DNA from: Promethearchaeia archaeon
Lineage (GTDB): Archaea > Asgardarchaeota > Lokiarchaeia > Sigyniarchaeales > SOKP01
DNA length: 32,000 nt
Direction: 5' to 3'
Assembly (NCBI GenBank): GCA_046497275.1
Contig: JAWOFX010000054.1
Location: 108,095 to 140,094 of the forward strand
Shown here: piece after piece, positions 1-8,579 of the stretch
How the letters are laid out: each line of letters opens with the position of its first letter
How positions within the stretch are numbered: the first letter of the stretch is position 1
Notes under the pieces: generated by a model
What the model saw: the letters and a program-made list of their open reading frames with translations, nothing else
Told to the model about the DNA's origin: nothing
Database searches by the model: none
Made by a program: the position numbers and the translations under genes

Positions 1-339
1 AAATATCAAAATTACTAATCTAATATTTGTAATCTTCATTTCTTCTTTAAAAAAATTAAGTAAAAAGAGAAGATAGAAAATAACACCAAAATAAAATAGA
101 AATACGGATAAATAATATAAAAATAAAACTAAATAGCTGAATTCTAATAATACTATGACCGCATTATTTAAGGCGAGAAAACTTTCAATTATAAAAAAAA
201 TTCCAAGATATAATGAGGTTTGAATGAATTTCCGCTTTAATACTTTATAAGATAATACTAAAAAAACGATTCCCATTCCTAATTGGAATATAAAAACAAA
301 ATAAATTCGTGTCCAATCAGGATTAACTGTTAGGATCAT
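1..339 (-). CDS. Polytopic membrane protein, N-terminal part (runs off the left edge; absent from the ORF track)
   Basis: Manual translation from ATG at 339 gives 113 stop-free codons to position 1 (MILTVNPDWTRIYFVFIFQLGMGIVFLVLSYKVLKRKFIQTSLYLGIFFIIESFLALNNAV...), with at least 3-4 hydrophobic segments. Confidence 0.8.
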   Translation of the reverse strand, partial: MILTVNPDWTRIYFVFIFQLGMGIVFLVLSYKVLKRKFIQTSLYLGIFFIIESFLALNNAVIVLLEFSYLVLFLYYLSVFLFYFGVIFYLLFLLNFFKEEMKITNIRLVILIF

Positions 340-524
340 CTTTACTCAATTCTTAACTCATAAATAAATAATTAATATTAAGCATAGATCTATTTAAGAA
401 TTCCCTTCGGTAGTATTGAGATATCAAAAATGGACTACATTTAATTATTATAAGATAATTTTTTCTAATTATTTGAAGAGAATTTCATTTTTGAAAAATA
501 AAAACTAATAATTCTTGATGTAAA

Positions 525-752
525 TTGAATTCTACAGGGAATCGGGATAAGTTTGATTTTGAAAAATTAGATATTATTAAAAGATATTTTTCAAGAAGAT
601 ATACCGTTGTCTCTAAAGATGTGAGAGAAATTTTACTAAAATTAGAGGTTTCTAAAAAAGAATTGAAAGAAATATTGAAAGCAATAGCATTTTTACCAGA
701 AGAGAAACAAAAGGAATTTTTATCAGAATTAATAGATGAGAATGAAGATTAA
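525..752 (+). CDS. Small charged, probably helical hypothetical protein (75 aa)
   Basis: TTG start, protein-like amphipathic pattern, occupies otherwise empty intergenic space; no recognised motif. Confidence 0.6.
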   Translation: MNSTGNRDKFDFEKLDIIKRYFSRRYTVVSKDVREILLKLEVSKKELKEILKAIAFLPEEKQKEFLSELIDENED

Positions 753-910
753 AAATACCTTACATGGAAATATTTAATTATAATATAGACATTATTTATA
801 TTCTCTAGCTTTTAAAAATTTTTAATGGAATAGAAAACTAGTCCTTCAAAAAATTTTAAAAATAGATTTCGGTTTTTATAAATTATTCAAATACATTCCT
901 ATATTTAATG

Positions 911-918
911 AAGGTGAG
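911..918 (+). promoter_or_regulatory. Shine-Dalgarno-like AAGGTGAG ahead of the putative ATT start of the histidine kinase
   Basis: AAGGTGAG at 911-918, 4 nt before ATT 923; no comparable SD just before ATG 989. Confidence 0.5.
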
Positions 919-988
919 ATAGATTAAAAAGGAAAAGAATGAAACATTACGGGCTCTCATTGATAATACACCGGTATCAATCGCATAT

Positions 989-2008
989 ATGGATAAGAAT
1001 TTCAATTTTCTACGTGTAAATAAAGCTTATGCTGAAGCTGATGACAAAAATATCTCTTATTTCGTTGGAAAAAATCATTTTGAATTATACCCAAATAAAG
1101 AAAATGAGAAAATCTTCAGAGAAGTGATTAACTCTGGGAAACCTTTTTATATAAGAGGTAAACCATTTATTTATCCTAACAATCCAGAGCGCGGCTTAAG
1201 CTATTGGGATTGGAGCTTAATCCCAGTTAGAAATAAACATAAACGAGTGAATAGTGTAGTACTCACTTTACGTGATGTAACAGACCGAGAAATAGCAAAA
1301 CAGAAATTAGAACAATCCTATAAACGTACTAATTTTTATAAAGACTTACTTGCCCATGATATGAGAAATATTCTTTCCTCAGTTCAATTATCTATAGATT
1401 TACTCAAGAAAAAGACGAAAAAACCTTTAAAAGTATATGATTTAACATCAGTTTTTAAAAATATCGAAAACCAAGTTGAAAAGGGAGCTGCTTTGATATC
1501 AAATGTCCAAAAGTTATCAAAGATTGACGATAAAACTATTTTGATAAAAACCATCGATCTTAAGGAAGTTTTAAAAGAAGCAATCTCTTTAATTCAAGGA
1601 TTAATTAAAAAAGAAAACATCAATCTAAATATTAACTTTTCAGATACCCCCATTAATGTTAAGGGAGGGGAATTACTGCTTGATGCATTTGAAAATATTC
1701 TAATAAACGCAGTCAAGCATAATACCAATAAGAAAAAACATATTTGGATTAATATATCTAAAACTAAAGAAAATGACGATGAATATATTAAATTGGAATT
1801 TAAAGACAACGGGACAGGATTTCCTGATAAAAATGTTGAAATTTTTAGCGGAGAATACAATTCTCCAAGTTCGGGCGGAATGGGGATTGGATTGACACTA
1901 GTGAAGGCTATAATCAAAGCATATGGGGGACGTATCTGGGTGGAGGATCGTATAGGAGGAGATTACACCCAAGGCAGCAATTTTATTATCTTGCTACGAC
2001 CCTCCTAA
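989..2008 (+). CDS. Cytoplasmic PAS-domain sensor histidine kinase (PAS-HisKA-HATPase); true start probably upstream at ATT 923
   Basis: H-box AHDMRNILSS, N-box FENILINAVKH, G1 FKDNGTGF, G2 GMGIGLTLV; N-terminal PAS/PAC (MDKNFNFLRVNKAYA...YWDWSLIPV...VVLTLRDVTDR). The frame is open upstream to 923 and supplies the first PAS helix/strand. Confidence 0.92.
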   Translation: MDKNFNFLRVNKAYAEADDKNISYFVGKNHFELYPNKENEKIFREVINSGKPFYIRGKPFIYPNNPERGLSYWDWSLIPVRNKHKRVNSVVLTLRDVTDREIAKQKLEQSYKRTNFYKDLLAHDMRNILSSVQLSIDLLKKKTKKPLKVYDLTSVFKNIENQVEKGAALISNVQKLSKIDDKTILIKTIDLKEVLKEAISLIQGLIKKENINLNINFSDTPINVKGGELLLDAFENILINAVKHNTNKKKHIWINISKTKENDDEYIKLEFKDNGTGFPDKNVEIFSGEYNSPSSGGMGIGLTLVKAIIKAYGGRIWVEDRIGGDYTQGSNFIILLRPS

Positions 2009-2159
2009 AACTAATTGAGTTAGATCTAAAATTAATTTTAAATAACATAAGAAAACAAAAAATATCGAAAGGGATATTTTTTAATCCAAATATAGGATTA
2101 GAAGTTTTTTGAAAATTTTAAGACAAAAGTCTTGATAGATTAAAGAGTTTTTAAAATTG

Positions 2160-3086
2160 TTAAATTCTTCTTTTAATATCCTTGGCACGACTTCTTAAAG
2201 TTACTTCTGTGCACTTAGCCACTTCTGCTACTTCTGCTTGGGTTTTTCGCTCATTAGTTTCTTTTGCTGCCATATAAATAACCGACGCTGCGAGTCCTTT
2301 AGGGTCTTTTCCTGTTCTGATGAGTCCGTTTCTCGTAGCTGCTACCAGCATATCAACCGCTCGCTTTTGAGTCTTCATTGTAAGATCTAAATCATTCCCG
2401 AATCTAAAAACAAGCTGTTCAGCGGTGATTGGACGATATTTTAGATTTAATTCAGGTAAAATTTCTTTCACAATCATTCCTAAAGAACGAATAACTGTGC
2501 GCCTAGAAGTCATAGAGGCATCACTTACTTCCTCAAGTAATCGTGGAAATTCATGTACCCGGATTGCGGCATATAACGCAGCAGCAATGAACCCATCAAT
2601 CGAACGACCCATTGTTAATTTCTTTTTTGCTACTTCTGAATATATTTTCCAAGCCGTTTCTTTAATATATTCTGGTATATTCATTTTCGAGCATAACATT
2701 TTTAATTTCGGTTTTGCCTCCCAGAAATTACGCTCGATACTTGAAATTAATGATTGTTGAATTTTCGATAATCGCGAAAATAATGTTTTTCCTTTCGCAC
2801 CTAAAGACCGTCCTTTTGAGTCTGTCTTAGGATTTGCTATCGTTGTCCGAGGGCCAAATTCTCGCCAACGAGGTTCAGTTCGTCTTCTCTTTTCAATCTC
2901 CTCAACAGTATAGGCTCTTCTTTCATTTCCAACAAGATCTCTGCCTATAACCATCCCGCAATTAATACATACCGAATTCCCATCTCTTGTTTCAATGCAA
3001 GGGTCATCACAGCAACGGTAATGAGTAGATTCTTCGACTCCTTCAGAAGGTTTTGTTCGGAGTCGTTTTTTATAATCATTTTCCAT
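2160..3086 (-). CDS. tfb: Transcription initiation factor IIB (TFB), possibly an alternative paralogue
   Basis: N-terminal Zn ribbon CCDDP...CINCG, linker LFSRLSKIQ, two cyclin repeats (GRSIDGFIAAALY; GKDPKGLAASVIY), C-terminal HTH TQAEVAEVAKCTEVTLR. Confidence 0.95.
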   Translation of the reverse strand: MENDYKKRLRTKPSEGVEESTHYRCCDDPCIETRDGNSVCINCGMVIGRDLVGNERRAYTVEEIEKRRRTEPRWREFGPRTTIANPKTDSKGRSLGAKGKTLFSRLSKIQQSLISSIERNFWEAKPKLKMLCSKMNIPEYIKETAWKIYSEVAKKKLTMGRSIDGFIAAALYAAIRVHEFPRLLEEVSDASMTSRRTVIRSLGMIVKEILPELNLKYRPITAEQLVFRFGNDLDLTMKTQKRAVDMLVAATRNGLIRTGKDPKGLAASVIYMAAKETNERKTQAEVAEVAKCTEVTLRSRAKDIKRRI

Positions 3087-3180
3087 AATTCTTCACATGT
3101 GAATGTTGTTAAATTGAACTTTAGTTGTAAGTTCAAATCAATTACAAATAATCTTGGGAAAGTAATAAAAGTTTTATTTC

Positions 3181-3197
3181 TTCCCATTCATTTCCCA
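3181..3197 (-). promoter_or_regulatory. Direct repeat TGGGAA-N5-TGGGAA upstream of tfb (candidate regulator site)
   Basis: TTCCCA at 3181-3186 and 3192-3197 on + (11-nt period); same arrangement at 15587-15603. Confidence 0.35.
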
Positions 3198-3363
3198 ATA
3201 AAACTCAGAAATTATTGGTTAATATCTATATAAACCAAACACCTATTTATAGTTTATACTTATAAAGTCTGTTTCGTATCATTGAAACGATTTTTGCACT
3301 AAAATTTGCGTATGATACTGGCATTGATAAGCTAAAAAGCTCTTAAGGAAAAATTCTCAGAAG

Positions 3364-3966
3364 TTATTGTTTATTACAAAATTCAATTTCTCTTTTCCAC
3401 CTTCGATCTATGATGATCAGTGTCTCTTCATTTCTTTGAATAAACCACTTTAAATTTCTGCCTCCCATTTGATATGCTAAAAAATCATATTCTTGATAAG
3501 TCATATCAATTCCTATAAGTTTTAAATTTGTATGAGAATCGAATTTTTTAAGAATTTTAGGATGGGAAAGCAGTCTCTCAAAATAGTGATCTATATGAAA
3601 CCAATATATTTGACCTCGAGGGAGTGTCTTTGCTAATTTTAGTAATTTCTTTTCGGACACATCTTTGCATTCTACCCAAATACCCACATCTTTTTTCAAA
3701 CGACGGGGGATCTCTGATGGGATGAGTTGAAGAAGATCTGGTTTATATCCTTCAACCCTATAGTTAGGCTCTATAATAAGTTCTCTTGGCTCATCCCAGA
3801 AATAGCAATACGCTAAAAATTTAAGAAGGAGATGATGGAAGGTTTCTGAATGCCCTTTTCTAAAAAACGGCTTTCGGCTTTCTCGATTTTCCTCGTTTTT
3901 TTCCATTGTGACTATAATCTCAAATTGATAAGACAAATTTAATTCTTCATAAGTTATTTGATTCAT
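3364..3966 (-). CDS. YaeQ-like protein, PD-(D/E)xK nuclease fold
   Basis: GHSETFHHLLLKFLAYCYF resembles the YaeQ HPSET...LLA segment; YKPDL and WVECK match the PD...(D/E)xK core. Confidence 0.65.
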   Translation of the reverse strand: MNQITYEELNLSYQFEIIVTMEKNEENRESRKPFFRKGHSETFHHLLLKFLAYCYFWDEPRELIIEPNYRVEGYKPDLLQLIPSEIPRRLKKDVGIWVECKDVSEKKLLKLAKTLPRGQIYWFHIDHYFERLLSHPKILKKFDSHTNLKLIGIDMTYQEYDFLAYQMGGRNLKWFIQRNEETLIIIDRRWKREIEFCNKQ

Positions 3967-4341
3967 TTTATCTTTTCTGATTATTTTTGAAATTATGCTT
4001 CTTTTAAATATTTAGAATAAAACCAATCGGATGCCTTTAAAAAATTTTTTTTAATTAATAACATGTAGATTTCTCTTCTCTCATCAATATTAAAATAGGA
4101 AATATAATCTTCCAAACCTATTCTATGAAAATTTTTCAATTTATAAATTTAAAAAGAATAAATCTTAACCTTCTCATTTAAATTGGTTATCAAATATCAA
4201 AGAATAAATTTTTATTAAAAACTTCTTTTTCCTAAGTAGATTAATTATTTGAATGTTTGATCAAACGCAAACTAGTAGCTTAATTTTTCAAGAATATACT
4301 CAAATCAAGCTATTACCAAATTATATGAGATTTGAATTAAA

Positions 4342-4956
4342 ATGAGCGATAATGTAGAAAAATATATTAAACGTAAGACCTACAAGGGCACAAGCGATGA
4401 AATATCTGATAAATTCGTTGATGCGGGCTTAGAAAAAATACGCGCGTGTATTAATTGCGGAACCTGTACTGGGAGCTGTCCATCAGGGAGAAGAACCGCT
4501 TTACGAACTCGAAGTGTGATTCGGAAAGCGTTAGCCGGAGATGTAACAGTGCTTCAAGACATCGATATATGGTTATGTAGTACGTGCTATTATTGTTATG
4601 AGCGTTGCCCAAGAGATATCCCCGTAACTGATATGATTATCAAACTAAGAAATATAGCAGTTGAAGAAGGACAAATTTTGGATAATCATTTAGTCTTAGC
4701 TGATGATATTTTCTATAAAACATGTCATGGAGTACCTGCTAACCAGCCAGATCAACAAAAATGGAGGGATTTACGAGAATCTTATGGTCTACCCGCTTTG
4801 CCTCCCACCGTGCATTCATACCCTGAGGCAGTTGAGCAGTGTCATGAATTAATGGAGATGACTGGTTTTCGAAAGTTATTAGACCATGCAAGAGAAGTTA
4901 AAAAAAGGGAAAAGGAAGAACAAGAAAAGCAAGAGGAGGATAAAAAGGATGAGTGA
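4342..4956 (+). CDS. hdrC: Heterodisulfide reductase subunit C
   Basis: Two 4Fe-4S motifs (CINCGTCTGSCP; CSTCYYCYERCPR), WLC motif, first gene of hdrCBA. Confidence 0.95.
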   Translation: MSDNVEKYIKRKTYKGTSDEISDKFVDAGLEKIRACINCGTCTGSCPSGRRTALRTRSVIRKALAGDVTVLQDIDIWLCSTCYYCYERCPRDIPVTDMIIKLRNIAVEEGQILDNHLVLADDIFYKTCHGVPANQPDQQKWRDLRESYGLPALPPTVHSYPEAVEQCHELMEMTGFRKLLDHAREVKKREKEEQEKQEEDKKDE

Positions 4957-5911
4957 GCTCTCCAAAGATTCTCAATATAAATGGAGATATGGATTCTTTC
5001 TGGGTTGTGTTATTCCTAATCGGTATCCAATGATTGAACGAAGTATTCGTGATGTGTTTGACGAATTAGGAGCAGAATTGTTAGATTTACCTGGAGCATC
5101 ATGTTGTCCTGCACCAGGAGTATTTCGCGCATTCCATATTCCAACGTGGTTAGTTCTGGCCGCAAGAAATATAGTAATCGGAGAAGAGCTCGGAGTGAGT
5201 ACGATCACTGGTTGTAATGGTTGTTATGGAACATTACGAGATGCATGGTACGATCTTGAGCATAATCCCGAAGAAAAAAAGAAGGTAAATGAGTATTTAG
5301 CGAAAGTTGGAAGAAAATATACTGGAAAATATGAACCTAAGCATATCGTACAAGGTTTATATTTGGATATGGGACTTGATTATGTAAAGGATTTCATAAA
5401 ATACAAATTCTCTGATTTAAAAGTTGGGGTACATTATGGATGTCATATAGTTAAACCAAGCGATAAGCGTCCTTGGCATGGACAATATGAAAATCCACAA
5501 TTTCTTGATGAATTAGTGGAAATTACGGGAGCTAAAAGTATTCCATACAAGGATAAATTTATGTGTTGTGGGGCTGGAGGTGCCGTTCGAACTGCAGTAA
5601 AGGAAGTTGCAGCAGATTTTACCAGAGAGAAGTTAGTGAATATGAGAGACGCGGGGGTTGATATTATCGTCAATTGCTGTCCATTCTGTCACTTGCAATT
5701 AGATCTAGGACAAGTAGAGGTTAATAACTTCTATAAGGACATCATTGGTGAACCATTCAAGATACCTGTAATATACATAACACAATTACTTGGCGTTGCG
5801 ATGGGTATGGATCCAAATCATTTAGGTCTTGTAAAGAATCATGAATTAAGTGGTGTCTCTCCATTTATTCCAATAGAACCATTTTTAGATATAGTAAAGG
5901 AGCAAATTTAA
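4949..5911 (+). CDS. hdrB: Heterodisulfide reductase subunit B (320 aa from ATG 4949)
   Basis: Two CCG domains (FLGCVIP, SCCPAPG, CNGC; HYGCH, CCGAGG, CCPFC). ATG 4949 follows SD GAGGAGG and overlaps the hdrC stop by 8 nt. Confidence 0.95.
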   Translation: MSELSKDSQYKWRYGFFLGCVIPNRYPMIERSIRDVFDELGAELLDLPGASCCPAPGVFRAFHIPTWLVLAARNIVIGEELGVSTITGCNGCYGTLRDAWYDLEHNPEEKKKVNEYLAKVGRKYTGKYEPKHIVQGLYLDMGLDYVKDFIKYKFSDLKVGVHYGCHIVKPSDKRPWHGQYENPQFLDELVEITGAKSIPYKDKFMCCGAGGAVRTAVKEVAADFTREKLVNMRDAGVDIIVNCCPFCHLQLDLGQVEVNNFYKDIIGEPFKIPVIYITQLLGVAMGMDPNHLGLVKNHELSGVSPFIPIEPFLDIVKEQI

Positions 5912-5923
5912 GGAGGATAAAAA

Positions 5924-7939
5924 ATGACAGAAAGTAAACAAGTAGAAGAAATAAAGGTTACTGGCAAGGAAAAACCAAGAGTTGGCGTATATGTTTGCCA
6001 TTGCGGAATCAATATTGCTGGGGTAATTGATGTAGAGAAATTACGAGATTATGCCAAAACTTTACCTGATGTGGTTCTTGCGAAAGATTATTCTTTTATG
6101 TGCTCAGATATCGGACAAAATATGATTAAAGAGGATCTTGAAGCAGGAAAAATCAATAGAGTTGTAGTAGCTGCGTGTTCCCCTCGAATGCATGAGCCTA
6201 CGTTTCGAATGGTATGTAAAGAATCTGGTCTTAATCAATTTCTTTTTGAGCAGGCGAATATTCGAGAGCATGCCTCGTGGGTAAATATGAAAGATCCAGA
6301 AGGAGCGTATGATATAGCGGAGGATCATATTAGAATGGCAGTGGCTAAAGTACGGAAATTAAAGCCCTTAGAAGTGCAGAAGGTTCAAGTAGAACCAAAA
6401 ACCTTGGTTATCGGTGCGGGAATTGCAGGGATGAATGCTGCCTTAGATTTAGCAGATGCTGGCTATAAAGTATACTTAGTGGAAAAAACTCCGACTATTG
6501 GAGGTCATATGGCTCAGCTTGATAAAACTTTTCCGACAATGGATTGCTCTTCTTGTATTCTGACGCCACGGATGGTTGATGTTGCGAGGAATGAAAATAT
6601 TGAGATTATGACCTATTCGGAGGTTGTAGACGTGAGTGGTTATGTTGGTAATTTCGATGTACGAATTAAGAAGAAACCTCATTATATTGATCAAGAAGCG
6701 TGTACCGCATGTGGTGCATGTGTTGAAACTTGTCCCATTACCGTTGGAAATGAATTTGAATTAGGGATGGGGACCAGAAAAGCAGTATATATTCCATTCC
6801 CACAAGCAGTTCCAGGTCAATACACAATAGATATGGATCATTGTATTCAATGCGGTATTTGCGCACGACCAGAAGTATGCGAACCAGATGCAATTCGTTA
6901 TGATGATAAACCAGAATATGTGGATGTAAAGGTTGGCACAATAATTGTGGCTACCGGCTGGGATTTATTTGATCCAACTAGCTTAGAGCAATATGGTTAT
7001 GGAAGATATCCTAATGTGATTACGAGCTTTCAAATGGAACGTCTGTTAAGTTCTTTTGGACCTTTAATGGGAAAACCCGCACGACCATCAGATCTTAAGG
7101 CACCACATAGTATAGCATTCCTCCAGTGTGTAGGGAGTCGATATTTCCGAGAGGATGGAAATTCTTATTGTTCTCGAGTATGTTGTATGTATGCTACGAA
7201 GCAAGCTCGTCAGTATAAAGAAAAGCATCCAGAAGCGGAAGTATATATCTTTTATATTGACATTAGAGCATTTGGAAAAGGATATGAGGAGTTCTATGAA
7301 TCTGCCCAAAGAGAATATGGTATTAACTACATTCGAGGAAGAATCGCAGAAGTAACTGAGGATGAGGATCACAATATCATCATTCGATCAGAAGATACAG
7401 TAATGCAACAACCAATTGAATTAAAAGTTGATTTATTTGTGCTTTCATGTGGCTTAGAGCCCAGCGAGGATGCTGATAAAATTACCTCATTACTAAGCAT
7501 ACAGCAATCTTCCGACGGATTTTTTATGGAGGCACATCCCAAATTAAGACCAGTTGATACATTAACAAATGGTATTTTTGTTGCTGGAGTATCTCAAGGA
7601 CCAAAAGATATTCCTGATACAGTTGCCCAAGCAAAAGGTGCAGCAGCTGGAGCAATAGCATTAATGGCAAAGGGAGAGTTTGAAATTGAGCCATATTATG
7701 CTGTGGTTCTAGAGCATGTATGTAGTGGATGTAAAACATGCCAATCACTTTGCCCCTTTGGAGCCATAGAATTTGATGAATTCAAGAATGTTGCGAGAGT
7801 AAATCCTGCACTATGTAAAGGATGTGGAACATGTGTGAGTGCGTGCCCATCCGATGCATTAATACAAAATCACTTTTCTGATATTCAACTATTTTCAATT
7901 ATAGATGTTGAAAGAGAAAAATCTACTGCCCAAAACTAA
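5924..7939 (+). CDS. hdrA: Heterodisulfide reductase subunit A (FAD, flavin-bifurcating family), Cys form
   Basis: N-terminal CHCG/CS/AACSP, Rossmann VIGAGIAG, KTFPTMDCSSC, inserted 2x4Fe-4S, CVGSR and CSRVCC, C-terminal 2x4Fe-4S; SD AGGAGG at 5911-5916. Confidence 0.97.
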   Translation: MTESKQVEEIKVTGKEKPRVGVYVCHCGINIAGVIDVEKLRDYAKTLPDVVLAKDYSFMCSDIGQNMIKEDLEAGKINRVVVAACSPRMHEPTFRMVCKESGLNQFLFEQANIREHASWVNMKDPEGAYDIAEDHIRMAVAKVRKLKPLEVQKVQVEPKTLVIGAGIAGMNAALDLADAGYKVYLVEKTPTIGGHMAQLDKTFPTMDCSSCILTPRMVDVARNENIEIMTYSEVVDVSGYVGNFDVRIKKKPHYIDQEACTACGACVETCPITVGNEFELGMGTRKAVYIPFPQAVPGQYTIDMDHCIQCGICARPEVCEPDAIRYDDKPEYVDVKVGTIIVATGWDLFDPTSLEQYGYGRYPNVITSFQMERLLSSFGPLMGKPARPSDLKAPHSIAFLQCVGSRYFREDGNSYCSRVCCMYATKQARQYKEKHPEAEVYIFYIDIRAFGKGYEEFYESAQREYGINYIRGRIAEVTEDEDHNIIIRSEDTVMQQPIELKVDLFVLSCGLEPSEDADKITSLLSIQQSSDGFFMEAHPKLRPVDTLTNGIFVAGVSQGPKDIPDTVAQAKGAAAGAIALMAKGEFEIEPYYAVVLEHVCSGCKTCQSLCPFGAIEFDEFKNVARVNPALCKGCGTCVSACPSDALIQNHFSDIQLFSIIDVEREKSTAQN

Positions 7940-7942
7940 TAA

Positions 7943-7969
7943 TTCTTTATCTTTTTTATCTATTTTTTT
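7943..7969 (+). terminator. T-rich archaeal-type terminator after hdrA
   Basis: Oligo-T runs (TTCTTTATCTTTTTTATCTATTTTTTT) right after the tandem stops TAATAA. Confidence 0.5.
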
Positions 7970-8134
7970 AATTACCTTTATAAGATGGAATGTTATTTTC
8001 AAATATAAATAAAAAGGCAATTTTCATATATCTTTAATATTGATATATTCTGTTTTTTATTTTCTATAATTGGAAAGTTAAAATTATTTAATTGTCAATT
8101 AGAATTAATAAATATTTTTAAAAGGTGTAAACTC

Positions 8135-8521
8135 ATGGGAGAAGAAAATAAGAATTGTTTAGTATTCATATTTAATGCAGACAGTGGAGCTATTAATTCT
8201 GTCAAGGATTTCTTTCATAAAATGGTAAAGCCAAGCACGTATGAATGTAATTTATGCGCAGTCACCTTTGGTAATTTCGGTATGAAAAAGGAATGGGCAG
8301 AATATGTAAGTGATCTAGAAAATGAAGTGAATATTGAATTTCTTCATAGAGATGAATTTGAAAAATATTATCCTAATACAAAGGATGCAAAATATCCTTC
8401 TGCGTATATTGAACAACCTTATGGTTTAGAAGTGTTTATATCGCAAGCAGAAATGAATAATGTTGAATCGGTGGAAGGTCTTAAAAATTTAGTTAATAGA
8501 AGACTTCAAAAATATATTTGA
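8135..8521 (+). CDS. Hypothetical protein with CxxC motif (128 aa)
   Basis: Motif-like segments FNADSG, YECNLCAVTFG, FLHRDEF; clean ORF with ATG start. Function not assignable. Confidence 0.8.
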   Translation: MGEENKNCLVFIFNADSGAINSVKDFFHKMVKPSTYECNLCAVTFGNFGMKKEWAEYVSDLENEVNIEFLHRDEFEKYYPNTKDAKYPSAYIEQPYGLEVFISQAEMNNVESVEGLKNLVNRRLQKYI

Positions 8522-8579
8522 ATCAAATTTTATTTTTTCTATTTTTTGTGCTGATGAATTGGCTAATTTAATTATTTCT

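Noticed and set aside
2945-3233. ORFs 2945..3187 (-) and 3021..3233 (+)
   Set aside because: They overlap the tfb 5' end and leader, have no motifs and look like chance AT-rich frames.
4255-4266. Perfect palindrome GTTTGATCAAAC upstream of hdrC
   Set aside because: Several 12-bp palindromes are expected by chance in 32 kb, and I found no second copy upstream of mvhD-fwd or korA.
4886-4948. Track's longer hdrB start (MQEKLKKG...)
   Set aside because: Lys/Arg-rich shadow of the hdrC tail; ATG 4949 has a strong SD.
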